Positions 20,012 to 32,800 of a stretch of 60,000 nt of DNA are shown in pieces (the stretch's first letter is position 1; each line of letters starts with the position of its first letter). This DNA is from Vicugna vicugna (lineage: Eukaryota). The stretch lies in the NCBI GenBank assembly GCA_013265495.1, contig MU057719.1:746001-806000 (forward strand), read 5' to 3'. Below the pieces are notes generated by a model that was not told the DNA's origin, searched no databases, and saw only the letters and a program-made list of their open reading frames with translations. Made by a program: the position numbers and the translations under genes.

Positions 20012-22683
20012 GGTGCTACAAAAGGCCACGGGACCACCCCCCTCAACTACATGCGCTGTGGGGGGCGGGTTACAGGGCGCGTCACTGTCACGGAACTGAC
20101 ACCACAACGGCTGTTCTCTCGGGCCGGGGCTGCCTGCCCCCTGCTAGAGCCAGCTCCCCTGGCAGCACAGAGCCTGAGCAAGACAAGGGCTGAGCGAGCG
20201 AATCAGTGGGTGAAGGAACAGATGCGTGGGTGAGTGCGGGAACGCCACCACGGGCCCACTGGAGAAGGATGTGGAAGGAGAGCGGGCGGCAGAGCAGGCC
20301 CTTGGGGGCCGGGGGGGCGGCAGACCCACGGAGCCCAGGGGAATCCCGCCGGCTGGGGCGTAGGGCATGCTCCCCGGAGGACGGGCCCGCAGGGACTCAG
20401 ATGGAGCCTGGGAGAACGGTGTTCCCGTGGTTAGGGGCGGGGACACCAGGGGTGTCAGGCTGCAGTGCCAAAGGCCTTTAGGTAATGCTGTCTCACGTGG
20501 AAGACAGGCGGGCACGGACCAGGGGAGACTCTAGGCCGGGCTCCGAGGGCCTCATCCCAGAGGGCAGCACCTCATTCTCCAAGTTCTCGCCCAAACCTCC
20601 TGGTCTGCGCCGCTTAAGCAGGTGTGTGGCACTTAGATCACAGCATGCTCTGGGTGTGCGCCTCTGCAACCCAGGATCAGGGAGCAGCCACGGCGAGGGG
20701 GTGAGACAGGCTGGTTGGGTGGGCACCGTGTTCCCGGCGTGCACAGTGACAAAAGCAGCAGGTGTAACGTGAGGGTGACTGGGCTCCACGGCCGAAGTGT
20801 CCACCCACGTGGCTCTGGCCGGAAGGCAGACAGGACAGGGCAGGGGGACCCCAAGGGCTCATCGGGCGCCTCCCGGGGCCAGAGCTCTTCTCTGCTGGAG
20901 CCGGGCCTCCCCGCAGAGGCATTTTCCCACCCAGCTCCCCCGCCCATCTGGAGACGGAGTGGACGACACCAGTGGCTTATCCTTCAGCCTCCCTTCCACC
21001 CGGCGGTTCTGGGGATTGGAAGGTGAGAGGTCTGGGAGCAAGAGCCCGGGATGGGGGCCGGCAGCGCTGGGGCGGACCTCAGGCCTCCGTCCCGCTCCGG
21101 GTGCGGGTGACATCCACCATGTCTCAGAGCCGAGGAGGGGAGGGCTGGGCGGCACTTGGGCAACAGCGGTGCTATGTACACGTGCTTATTTTTAACAGAA
21201 TTCAAAAGAGCTTCTTTCTCCAGCTCAGAACTGGGCTGGGACGCCGGCCTCCCTCTCGTGTTGGACGAAACAGTCCAACTGATGCAGAAACGGTAATTAC
21301 CACGTGCTAGTAATTAACAAGTGCACGCCCGTCGCTTCCCCTGCTTGTGTCGCTTCAGCCCCACCAGCCTTGGGTGCCAGGGCTGTGACTGTCCTCGGAC
21401 ACGAGATGAAACCACAGAGAGGGGAGGGCACACGCCGTCGGGGACAGGGCTGGCCTGTCGCCCGGCTCAAGGACCCCAGAGCACACTCTTAGCCAGGGGG
21501 CTGCACTGGGAGGCAGCCAAGGTCAGGGGAGCTCGACTGGAGTCGGGAGGAAGGGACGATCGGATGAGAAACGCAAGCATGGGCAGGGGGCCGGGTGGGA
21601 GGGAGCCGGCCCAGTCAGATGGCCCCTGCCACGAAGTGCTGCTCGTTGCATTAATGGATTTTTAAAAACAGGCAATCTGACCCGTAGTCAGGAAGCAGTG
21701 CTCAGCTGTCCTGCGCAGCCCGAGTAGGTGAGGCCCCTGCCTGCCCCAGGCGCCCTCTGAATGTCGCCAGCTCTGTGTCGCCAGCCCTGTGTTCCCGGGG
21801 TGGGGTGGTGCATGGCCCCCTGCTTCTGCCCCCACCCCCAGCCTGGCTCCAATCCGGTGTTCTGGTGCAAACTGCCCTCTAGAAGCGGGGGTGGGGGTGG
21901 GGTGAGGGGATGGCACCCGGGCGTCACCGCCACCCTGTCAGGAAATAAACACTGTTCGCTGCTCAGCGCCTGGCTCTCCTCCAAGGCGCTTCGGCGGCTG
22001 ACCTCATTTGGAACCAGTTTCAGCGTCTTAATAAGCCCTTTGCTTTCCCACGTCTCCCTGACACTGTCCTCCTTCGCGCGCCGTAACCCCTCACCGTGTC
22101 TGCCACGTGAGGCCCGCCCCGGCTGGCTCTCCCACAACCCGGCTGGAGCAAGTGGGGTGACCTGAGCCAGCTGGGGACCTGAGCCAGACAGGCCAGGCCA
22201 GGCGGCTCCCCAGTAACCCCAGGGCAGCCCCTGGAAAAGTCCAGCAATCAGCTGAGACGGCACGGAAACCGGCGAGAAGGGCTGGCTGGGGGCTGCCGGA
22301 CACCGAGACGCACGCCCGGGGGGGCGCATCTCCATCACTCGTCCTGAGCGTGGTTGGTTGTGGTGTGCAGTTTTAAGAAGCACCCCCCCGTCATTGGCCT
22401 CTCCAGTGTGTCCCCCAGGTCTGCCCATTAAGGCAGGTGGCCCTGAGGTTAGGACCGCACATCCAAGGCTTGAGACGCCCGGGGCCCAGGGCACCGTGCG
22501 GGGCCGCCACAGCGTGAGGGCCAGGGGCCTGCAGGCTTCCAGAACCCCCAGGCCATCTTGGCTCCTCCCCGCACTGGCTCCCTCCCCAGCCACTGGGCCA
22601 GAGCAGTGAGGCCTCGTCCCTCCTCCTGGGGCCTCAGTCTGCCCACCCACGGATCCAAGGCCAGCCCCAGCCCCAGCCACATG

Positions 22684-22709
22684 CTCTCCCTCTCTCTCTC
22701 ACACACACA
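22684..22709. repeat. Short compound (TC)n(AC)n microsatellite about 4.9 kb upstream of DBH
   Basis: ctctccctctctctctcacacacaca. Confidence 0.7.
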
Positions 22710-24389
22710 GCCCCCTCACCAGTGGGTCTGGAGGTGAGGCCTGCAGGGCCCTGGGGCTCCTACATGGAAAACACACTTGGTTCTGCTTCTGCTTCGTCCC
22801 TAAGCAAGAGAACATGGTCCTCTTTCCTGGGTTTGAGGAGTCTGACGGCTGGTGGAAGTGCCCAGTTTTTGTGACTTCCGTGTCTCCGAAGGCGGCCAGT
22901 GCCAGGAAGGTGGTCCATCTTCGGTGGCACCCAGACCACACCCTAACCCAGAGGGTCCCAAGCCTCGTGCTTGGCAGCTGTGTGGCCAGGATGGAGCTGC
23001 GCCTCTGAACCTCACTGTGTTCACCCGCAGAATGGGAACAGCCCCCGGCAGGGCGCACGCCAGCGACGGGAGCTGACAGCCACGATGTTTGCAGGGGCTT
23101 TTCTGTGTCCACCTCTTCACATCCCCCCTCATCTCCGTTAGCCCGTGATCACCTCTCAGCACGGCGACAGGCTCCGTCACCTCCAGGGACAGCCAGCATG
23201 TCGCCTGGACATCAGTCCACCTGCTGTTGTCCCAGAGCCAGCCAGTCCAGTTAGATGACTGTGTCCTGAGCCCCGAGATGGCCCATCCTTTCCTTCCTTC
23301 CTTAAGGCTGAATAGTATTCCACCTTGAGGTTGCATGTGCTGGGCGTTCTGGGGCATTCAGTCCCTCTCGGAGCCCCCTCGGGGCCCTGACCACCACCTC
23401 ATCACAGGTGAGGACCCCAGACTAGAGAAACGCAGCCACAGGCAAGGCCACAGGCAGCGGCGGTGAGGCTGGACGGTGTGACTTCTGGCGTCCACGGAGC
23501 CTGCGGGAGAGGACGGGCCTTCCCGAGCTTCCGGGCAGCTCCACGCCCACCCTGCCTGCCCACTCCACGGCCTCAGTGCAACAGCCAGCATGCAGCGGTC
23601 AACACAGCTGCCTGGCCAAGCCACCCCTTAGACAGCGAGCCCCCACACTCCTGCTCAGAGTTCAGGGGCCACAATGCCCACGGCCCTGAAGCTTAGAGCT
23701 GCTGCACCCCCGTGACACCAGCTGCCCGGGATCAAGGATTGGCTGGTGCCACCCAGCCCAGGACCCTCTGACGTGCCCCCAGTCCTTAAGCCGCAGCCAA
23801 GAAAAGTGACTCCGGCCCAGAGGTCAGAGGGCCCCAGCCCACCCCCGCCCCCAACGCCCACTTTGGGGCGGGCTGGATTTGGAGGTCAGGTCTGAGGGAC
23901 GCTGTGGGCCCACCTGGCCTCCGTGCCGGGAGACACCGCTGTCCCTCTCGGGGCACAGACCACCCAGGGCAAGTGCATCCGCATCTGAGGGTGCTGGGAG
24001 CACAGCCTGGGGAAGGGCTGACCCGGCACTGAGATTGTCGTCACCCACCGGGACGCGGTCCTTGCCCCGTGACAGTGACAGGGGTGGAGAGAGGCGGGGC
24101 CACGTTCTTTAACCTCTGTGTTCGTGTTTCCGCATCTCCAAGGGGGACGGTGAGAGGACCACCTCGCAGGCGGGGCCGGGTGCTGGGACAGCGCCTGATT
24201 CTCAGGCCGGGCTCAATGAGCGCTGTCTGGCTGTTATAAGTCCCCGAAAATACATGACACACAGTGTGAAAGTCCCCAGAATCCGTCCTCAAAACCTGAC
24301 CGCTGCTGACAGCTCCACGTGCAGTCTTTGGAATTTCTTTTCACTGTTTAAAAAAATTGTTTTAACTTCTGTTCACTATTTGTTATCTT

Positions 24390-24960
24390 TTTGTTTAGTA
24401 TGTTTATCAGAAAATATAATATTTACCATCTTAGCCAATTTTAGGCGTCCAGTTCAGAGGGATTAAGAGCATTCACATTGTCGAGTCACCACCATCCGTG
24501 CCCACAACCCTTCTCAGCTTGGAAAACTGAAACCGTCCCCATGAGATGTAACTCCACATTCCCACCTCCCCAGCCCCTGGCCCCCCAGCTCTCCTTTCTG
24601 TCTCTGTGAATGCGACGACGCTAGGAACCTCAGGGAAGTGAGAGACCACATGGGGTTTGTCCCTGGTGTTGCCGTGCGTCCTCCGGGTCCAGCAGTGTCA
24701 CAGCCGGTGTCAGAGGCTCCTTCCTTCCTTAAGGCTGACTAACACTCCACCGCGTGGATCCGCAGCACCTTGTTTATCCATCGTTCGTCAGTGGACACTT
24801 GGCTCCTGCGAACATGGACTATGATTGTTGATGTCCAGATACCTGCTCAAGGCTCTGCTCTCAGTTCTTTGGGGTTTGTGCCCAGAAGGGGAATTGCTGG
24901 ACCGTGTGGGAAGCCGGTGTTTAATTTCTTGAGGAACCATCCCCAGGTTTTCACGGCTGT
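24390..24960 (-). mobile_element. Old L1 (L1MB-like) 3' fragment
   Basis: atttaccatcttagccaatttta..cattcacattgt..ccccagcccctgg..ctttctgtctctgtgaat..tccttccttaaggctga..tgtttatccatcgttcgtcagtggacactt..cccagaaggggaattgctgg..tttaatttcttgaggaacc. Confidence 0.8.
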
Positions 24961-27900
24961 GACGCCCTGTTCCCCACTGGCCTCTCCACTCCCATGGCAG
25001 ACACGTGACACTCAGCACACCCAGGGCTGCTGCCTCCCGCTCAGTAACCCCCGGTCTTCCCTGTGTGCCGCGCTGTGTGTGCTCTGTCACTCATTTAACC
25101 AGCTCCCTGCCGGCAAACATGTGGGGCGTTTGCTTTCTCATGCAAGCCCGCGGCGGCGGCGGTGCGGCCACGGCCACGCACGTCCATCCCGGCTCGCTTG
25201 TGTCTGTGCTTCTTTAGGATCCAGCCCCAGAACAGGAGCCGGGGGCCAAAGGCAGCTGGGCTTCCGCGAGGAAGTCGCTCCCGAGGTTCAAAAGGCCTTC
25301 GTCGAGGACTGTCAGCCACTGGCTGCGCACCGCCCACTGAAGACAGAACCCCGCACCCCCGGAACAGAGAGCCTCTCACAGGCTAGGAGGTTTCAGCCTT
25401 GCTGATGGGCCAGACTGGCTACTGGGCCAGGCAGCCGCCCTTGGGCTACGGTCGATGCATCACATACACAAATGCAAATTCAATAAAGCTCAAAGCTCGC
25501 CATCTGCTTTTCAGAGATGAGACTCGGAAAGAGCAGGGCTCAGTGCCCGGGGGCTCTGACATTCACGCGCGGTAACAGGGGGCCAGCGATCTGCACGCCC
25601 TGATCCAATTGTCCCTCTGCTGATCAAGTTATGGGTTGACTTGCCCAGTAATGGGCCGGGGACAAGGCGCATTAAATGTCCAGGACAGAGACGGCTGTCG
25701 CACGTAGGAGGTGAGGAGGTAGCGGGAGGCGGCGCGGGTTTCGGTGGGGACGTCTTTCCGGGGGGGCCATTTGGTCACTATCTAGAGTGACAGGATGCCT
25801 CAATGGGGCTGGCTCTGTGCTGGTGTCACCACTGCTGGACAGCTGGTCTGCTCTGAAGCCCCTGCACGGTGGGGCCGCCGAGGCCCCTGCGTGGGCCCTG
25901 CTGAGGGGCCTGGGGAGGAGCCCACCTCGTGGAGTCCGGGCTGCCAGCCTCCCGTCTAGCCTGGTTGACGCTGCCGACCCCGCTGAGCGCCCCTCTGGCC
26001 ACTGACATCGACTTGGCACAGAGGGGGGCCTGCTAAACCAAAACAGGGACCACCATCCTCACACCTGGACAAGCGGGCACTTCAGGACGGCACGCTGAGG
26101 GCAAAGGGGAACTCAGGGCAAGCTGGCGTCCCCGCTGGGGAGTGGCTGTTGCCAGCCCTCGCTCAGAGAGAGGGGCTGGAAGGCACGAATGGCTTTTGCA
26201 GTTTCGGCACTGCGATTACTTTCTGCTGTAGGGTCTCACGGTGTCAGGCAGACCCACATTTCAGTCTCAGTCTGAAAACATCATCCACGATGAAGAGGTA
26301 GCCTCTGCTCCCTGGCAGCCGGCACCTGGGGCTCGGGCTGGGGACACCTCACCTGCCCTGGAGGGAGGCCGCTGGGTGCCCGGGGCCAACAGGCCCTTCA
26401 GGTTGTTTAACAACATTATGAGACTTCAGTCGAATGTGAAACCATGCATTCTCCCTGCCAAAAATCAAGTGTGAGAAAGGCACAGTTTTAAAAGAAAAAA
26501 AATTGATAACTGAATTGGTTTTTAAAAAAATGAAAAGGAGTCTTTTCAGGGGATCAACATTCTGTAGAAGTAGAAGAAAGACGCAAAGAACAAAATCAGA
26601 GAAAACCGCACCCCGAAAGGTGCTTGGGGAGGGCGGCAGGGGTGGCCTGGTGCCTCACATCCAGGGCCACGGAGATAAGGCTCCAGTGGGATAGGGCGAC
26701 GGTCAGCGTGGTCCCCTGAGCCTGGGGACCAGCCATGGGGCCAGTCGCTCCTTCCCCGGGTGGCATGCAGCAGACAGTGCACCCTGCAGGACAGAGATCG
26801 GGGAACCACTGTCCCCAGTGAAATACAGGGGACCCCCCAATCCAAGGGAGCAAGTCCCTCCCACCTCGCTGGAGGCAAGACGTACCTCCTCATCTTCCTC
26901 GGGAGCCGACGCCACAGCGGCAGATGGACGCCCGGGGAACCCAGCGCCAAGACAGGCATGCTGCCCGCAGGACCGAGCGCGTGAGGAAGAGACCCCTGTG
27001 AGAGAGCCATCATCTCAGGAGCAGGAACTCCAATGCCCAGAGACGCGGCATTGATCACGTCAGCAGAGAGAGAGACTTTAAAAGGAATACAATTACTATC
27101 TTTAGGGAGATCTGAGGGGTTATCGTAGTCATGCAGGAAGAATGGGCTCTGATATAAAAGAACTAATTAGAGAGCTCGGAGATTTAAAATAGACGGGCTG
27201 AAAGCAGGGAGAGGATGGCTGAGGAGCAGATCGGTGAGCTGGAAGGCCAGGCCGGGCGCCGTTGGGGGAATTTGCCCTTTAAGGGCAAGGGGATGGAAAT
27301 GGGGGGGAAGGCAGGGAACTGGGGGCTGGCTCCAGCCGCCCCACGGCCGGCTAGCGGGCATCCCCAAGTGCAGCAGCAAGGACAGAGCGGGGAAAGGGGC
27401 CACATGACGCAGAGCAAGAGGGAAGGACACCCGCCTTCAGCCCCAGCGCAAAGGAACACAGGCCCGCCGACATGGGCCGTTTTAGAGCCCCAGAAACTGA
27501 GCGAAGATTCAGATGCTCCCAAAGAGAGTGCGCCAGGAAGGAGCTCTTCTGCTTGAGAGCCAAAGTGGGAGGAAGAGGGAGGGAGGGAGGAAGGCTCCCT
27601 GTGGAGGAATGTTCTAGACCGTCACCAGTTTTCCTGAGAGTGTCACAAGACGCCAGGGGACCCAGAGCTCTCCTCCAAAGTTCTGTGAGATCTTATTAAG
27701 TCTACCATCCCAAAGCCAGCATTCCTTATTCAGGGCAAAATTAAAAAATTCAAACATGCGAGGACTCCCACATTCTGCCACCACCTCCCTTTCTGAAAGG
27801 ATTACTCAAGGGCGTATTCTGACAAAACAAGAATCCTAACCCAAGAAAGAGGAGGACAGGGGACAGAAGAAATGAGGGGGGAGATAAAAATCAACGTAGA

Positions 27901-28564
27901 ATGACGTTGCTGTCTGTTGCCATCTTTGTATTATGACTTAGTTCAAATGTGGGAAAAACACAGAATGGTGTCACACACACTCATGTGTCCACCACACAGA
28001 TCTTCTGTGTGCCATGTTTGCTTTATTTTTGCCTAATAAATAAATGTCACGGGTTCAGTTAAGCCCCTTCGTACATCTCCTCAGATTGAATCAGGTTTTC
28101 ATCACGTATCTACCTGGGCTGCAGAGATGGGCACAAAACCCGATTTTTTAAATGTTTGCTTTGTACCTGGCCAACTTGCTGAACTTGAAATTGTCCTAAT
28201 AAATCTTCATTGGTTTTGCTTGAATTTGCTGCGTGGAATTTTATGGTGTCATTGAGTAGCCACAGTGCAGCCTCTTCTGGTTCAACATTTGCATCTTTGA
28301 CTTCCGTCTCTGCCTGCGGGCTCGCCGGGCCTCCCCGGCCGCGGGGACGCGGTCGTGCGGGGTGCACGGATCTCCTTGCTCCTGCGAGCGCCTCCTGTGC
28401 TTCCCCGCGCGCAGGATGCCTGCTGCGGATGGCGGTCAAGCACCCTTCCACCGGCGGGCAAGTTTCTCTCCGTTTCTCTTCAAGCAGCAGTGGGCACGGG
28501 CTTGGATCTGCTGCATTGTCAGCACCTATTAAGATGACCCTAAGGTCCCCCTGCCTTTCTGTTA

Positions 28565-28640
28565 ACGCAGAACCGTGGTTCTCAAGCTTTTTGGCTTTAC
28601 CCTCCTAAAAATTATTGAAGACCCTAAAGAGCTGATGTGA
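28565..28640. mobile_element. hAT-Charlie-like DNA transposon terminal fragment
   Basis: ccgtggttctcaagctttttgg..ctcctaaaaattattgaagaccctaaagagct. Confidence 0.5.
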
Positions 28641-28919
28641 AGGAGGCTGTAAAGCTTTACTGAAGGATGGCAAAAAAAAGCCGCAATAAATAAGGACAGG
28701 AGCCAGGCTCCTTGATGGGAAGGTATTGTGACGCCACAGAGGCAATCTTCTCCTGTGTTGATTCTAATAAATACATTTTCCACATTTGAACGCCTCTGAA
28801 ACTGAGATGTGCTTTACAATTAAGGGCATAGCACAGCTTAACCGGCAACTTTTTTCTTTCCTGCTAATAAATTCAATAATGATTTATCTTAAAAGAGGTG
28901 ATGTCTGATGAGTTATGTG

Positions 28920-29115
28920 CTTACGTATCTCAGCTCATTAACTTTTTTATACCAACCCTTCCAGCAGTATTGGGGTTATTATTACTCCCATTTTATAGGT
29001 GAAGAAGCTGAGGCACAGAGAAGTCAAGCATCTCATCTAAGGGCACACAGCTGGGAAGTGGCAGAACTGGGATTTGAACCCAGGCTGTCTGGTCCTGGAG
29101 GCTGGGCCCCTCTGC
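28920..29115 (-). mobile_element. MIR SINE
   Basis: attattactcccattttataggtgaagaagctgaggcacagagaagtcaag..cacacagctgggaagtggcagaactgggatttgaacccaggctgtctg. Confidence 0.85.
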
Positions 29116-29649
29116 TCTACTCCAGGTGGTGAGTTTCTGCAAGTTAACCTTATAATTCAATTCAGTCTTAATTAAAGCCCCTCAAGGCTTTCCAACCTCA
29201 CAAGCTGATTAGAAAGAGCGTTCAGAAGAGAAAAGACTCAAGAAAAATTTGACAGCAAGATAAAAGGACAGTGACAGGCATCTCACCTTCTCGATACCTG
29301 GTTCCACAGAGCTGTGAACGTGGCATCGTCACAGCTGGTGGAGGGACGGGTGAGCAGGGCAGCCAAGGGTCCAGAAGCAGACCCTCGCATGGATGGAATG
29401 GGGCTCATGGGGAACTGCGAGTTTCACTTTGATGGGGAACTGGTGACAGCTGGCCAGTCGTGTGTCAAAACAAAGAGAAGGAAGCCTCTAGCTCACATCC
29501 GCAAAATTGCTGGATGGGTTAAAACTGAACCTAAAAGTCAGAGCTGCACCCTTGGTGAGGAAACATTGCCTACTTTCATCAGCTTCCCAGAAGCCCTGAG
29601 GAGAAACAGCAGCAGATCTACCCTTGAAAACTGCCAGCCTCAGCAGGAC

Positions 29650-29830
29650 GCCTGACCCCAAAGAGAAGCAAAGACAGACACCAGCCTGGGAGGAAATGTT
29701 TGCAACCCATCAAACGGGTTCAGGATTCACATCCTGAATATTTAAAGAGCATCCACAGATCAATATGAAGACGCAAAGAGGTAGGAGATGGAAACACGGG
29801 CAAAGGAGGCGAGCAGATGTGGGAAAGGAT
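29650..29830 (+). mobile_element. Ancient L1 ORF2 fragment
   Basis: aagacagacaccagcctgggaggaaatgtttgcaacccat..atcctgaatatttaaagagcatccacagatcaata..gggcaaagga. Confidence 0.55.
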
Positions 29831-32800
29831 TCTCCGTCCTACCAGCAGACGGGCGAAGGCACCGTCAGCCAGCGATGCCACTTTCCTCCGAGGAGTCAGA
29901 AGAAACCATGCAGATCAATCACAACCGGTATGGGTGCCGCACGCTTGGAAGAGGGCACGTCGGGCTGGGTCCCGGAGGGAAAATGGCAGGTCACTCAGGT
30001 GATGGTGCTCAAGGAAGGTTTAATAAAGAGATTTAAGAGGAAGAGGGCCCAGTGAGGAGCCACAGGTAAAGCGTGGTGACAGCTGCGGCTCCCACGGCTC
30101 CCATGCATAGGAGGAAGGGACAAGGCCCCAGGAGGAGAGAGCTGGGTCCGAGGAGCCTGGAGATGACGTGGAGAGAGACAACCTCACAGAGAGGGGCCGG
30201 GCTCTAAAGGCCCCCACCCCACTGCCCCTCATCCTCTGCTCACCTGCGGTTTCCCGCCTTGGCCATTCCTGGGGTCACTGGAGGGTGCCTGACACAGACC
30301 CACTCTAGCCCGAGCCCCCGAGTCTGGCCCACCGGTGAGAACCCACCCAGGGCAGGCTGGGTGGCAGCAGCGTCCCCTCCGAGGGGACACTCACAAACAC
30401 GGCAGGGTATCCAAGTGCACGGGGTGGCCTCCGTCCTGCCGTGGTGTGACTGCCCCAGACTTCTCATCAGAGCAGAAGCAGCACCGTGCAGAGCGAGAGG
30501 CCGGCAGACGCAGAGGGGACAGCACTGTCCTCGCGGGCCATCACAGCCCCGCAACAAGGACGGGGCGGCCCCCGGGGTCCCTGCCCCACGCGGGAGCCAC
30601 ATGGCAGCCCAGGCTTCGGGAAGGGGGCAATGGGGGCTGGAACCTCCAGCAGAGAGTGCTCCTGCCCCCAGACGGACCCCATTTGGGGTGACCGAGGGTC
30701 AGAGATGAGACTAAGGGCAGTGGTGGAGGCGCGTGGAGGCGGCCCCCGTGGCGGGCCTCCCCTCCCTGCCGCGTCTCCCGCTGCCGGCACACCAGTCAGC
30801 CCTGTTTGGAGGCAAGGCCTGGTCTCAGCGCCGCATGCTGACGCACCCAGTGTTCTCCCCGAAGCCTGCTGCTCCCGCCCCGGCCTCCTGACACCACCAC
30901 TGCCAAGGGACAGACGGAGAACGCAGAGGCCCTTCATGGTCTGGCAGAGGAGGGAAAGTCTGCAGGCGGGGCTGTGGAGGGGAGCACCCCCATCCGTGGG
31001 GTGGCCGGTATGCAGCACCAAGAGGACGGGGCTGAGGGGGGAAGGCCAGCCTCCTGCAGGTTCCATCAGAGGCAAGGAAGCTGCCTGGTCGAGCCCTCCC
31101 CCCACACCAGGCTGGGAGAAGCCAGCAGGGCTGGGGGAAGCCAGCAGGGCTGGGCCTCAGAGAGCAGCACGCAGACCCAGGCCGGGGGGAGGTGGTGGGA
31201 CTTTGTCCCATTGCAGCCCTTGCTGCCAGGACAGCCATGGCCTTTTCCTCCAGCTTCTGCTCACAGAGCATCCGTGCTGAGCAGGTCACCTCACCCGCAC
31301 CTGGGAGGTAAACAGATCCCCGAGGCTCAGAACCACACATGGGGAAACTGAGGCTCGGAGAGCTGAGCAAAAGCCCGCGTTCACCACCCCGCCATGGAGC
31401 AGGGCGCTCTGTCCACATCTACACCCTTGTCTTCCCACCTCACTGCCCCAGGGCAGCGTGGGGCCTCCCCGTGCGGCCAGCTCTGCATGTCCAGGCCCAA
31501 ATTTTGGCCCAGCCCAGACCACGAGTTGGACACTGGGGTAGATTCTAAGAGGGCAAGACTGGGCCCGCCCTGTTCACCTGGCGTCCCAGCAGCCAGCGCT
31601 GTGCCTGCGCACAGTAGGTCCTCAGTGAAGGAGCCGGTGTGACTGGGCTCAGGCACTCGTGCCCAAGGAGGAAAACAATTGCAGAAATGGTGATGATAGA
31701 ATTCTGACCGAAGTGTTGTGTGAGCACAGACGGGATCAGGACGCTGACCCTCCCAGCATCCCAGAAGCAGCAGCACGCAAGCTGGGCCTGCAGGCTGCAC
31801 TGAGCTCGTCGGATGACGACGGGGGGGAAGGGCGCCTCTGGCAGAGGCACCAGCGTGGGCAGCGGCGGTGAGGCGTGGACAGGAAACCGTGCCCTTGGGA
31901 AGAGCCGGTCCCGGGGCAGCGCTGGCCTGAAGCTCTGGGGGGCGTGGTGGGACCGGCCTGTATGGCCAGGGCTGCACTCCCCGCAGGAGGCAGAGCGGAG
32001 CAGCCGGCAAGTTCCTGCTGGGGAGGGGCTCCAGGAGTGCGTAGGGTGGACTGGGTGCGAGGGAGGCTTCCCTTAGGGGCTCTGGCAGTGGCCCAACGTC
32101 CCCAGGGCGTCTGGGGAGCCTGGCTGGGGGGAGGGGCTCTGGGCCAAGAGGCTCCCTTGAGTGGTGCATCCTTTTCCAGCCAGTCGCTTGCCCCTCTGCC
32201 CCTCACAGCCTTGGTTTCCTCATCAGTCCAACAGGAAGAATCGGGATGGCCGGGGCCGCAGAATGGAGCATAGGGCAGAGGAAGCACTGTGTCTGGGTGA
32301 GAAGCTAGGAGACACAGAGCCTCGGGCAGGTGCTTTCTCCTGTGAAGGTCTTTCATTCATTCAACAAACAGCTTCTGTGGCAGGTGCTGGGAGCCAGTGG
32401 AGAAACGAGAGGCAAAGCTCAGCCCGCACAGACCTTCCCTCCCTGTGCAGAGAGTCAGGGGATGAAGGAGCCATAGCTGAGACAGTGCCTGAGAACCAGG
32501 GCCAGGAAGAAAGGGAACAGGCACAGGATAAAGAGGGGCCGGGCGGGGAGGCTGAGGGTGAAGCCGGTCCTCCAGGCTTCTTGGGGGGAGTTCGGAAGAC
32601 CACGCCTCTCTCCACCTTTCACCAGGTGGACACTGGCTCGGGCGGAGGGACTGTCTGCTTGAGCGCAGATCCACAGCTGACGCGCTTCAGGCCGCCCCAG
32701 GCCACCCACATGGAGGGGGGAGGCAGGGACAAGGCCAGGGCAGAAGGGAGCCTCGCCTCGGCACAGCCCCCACACTCTCCCCACATCCAGCCATCCCAGA

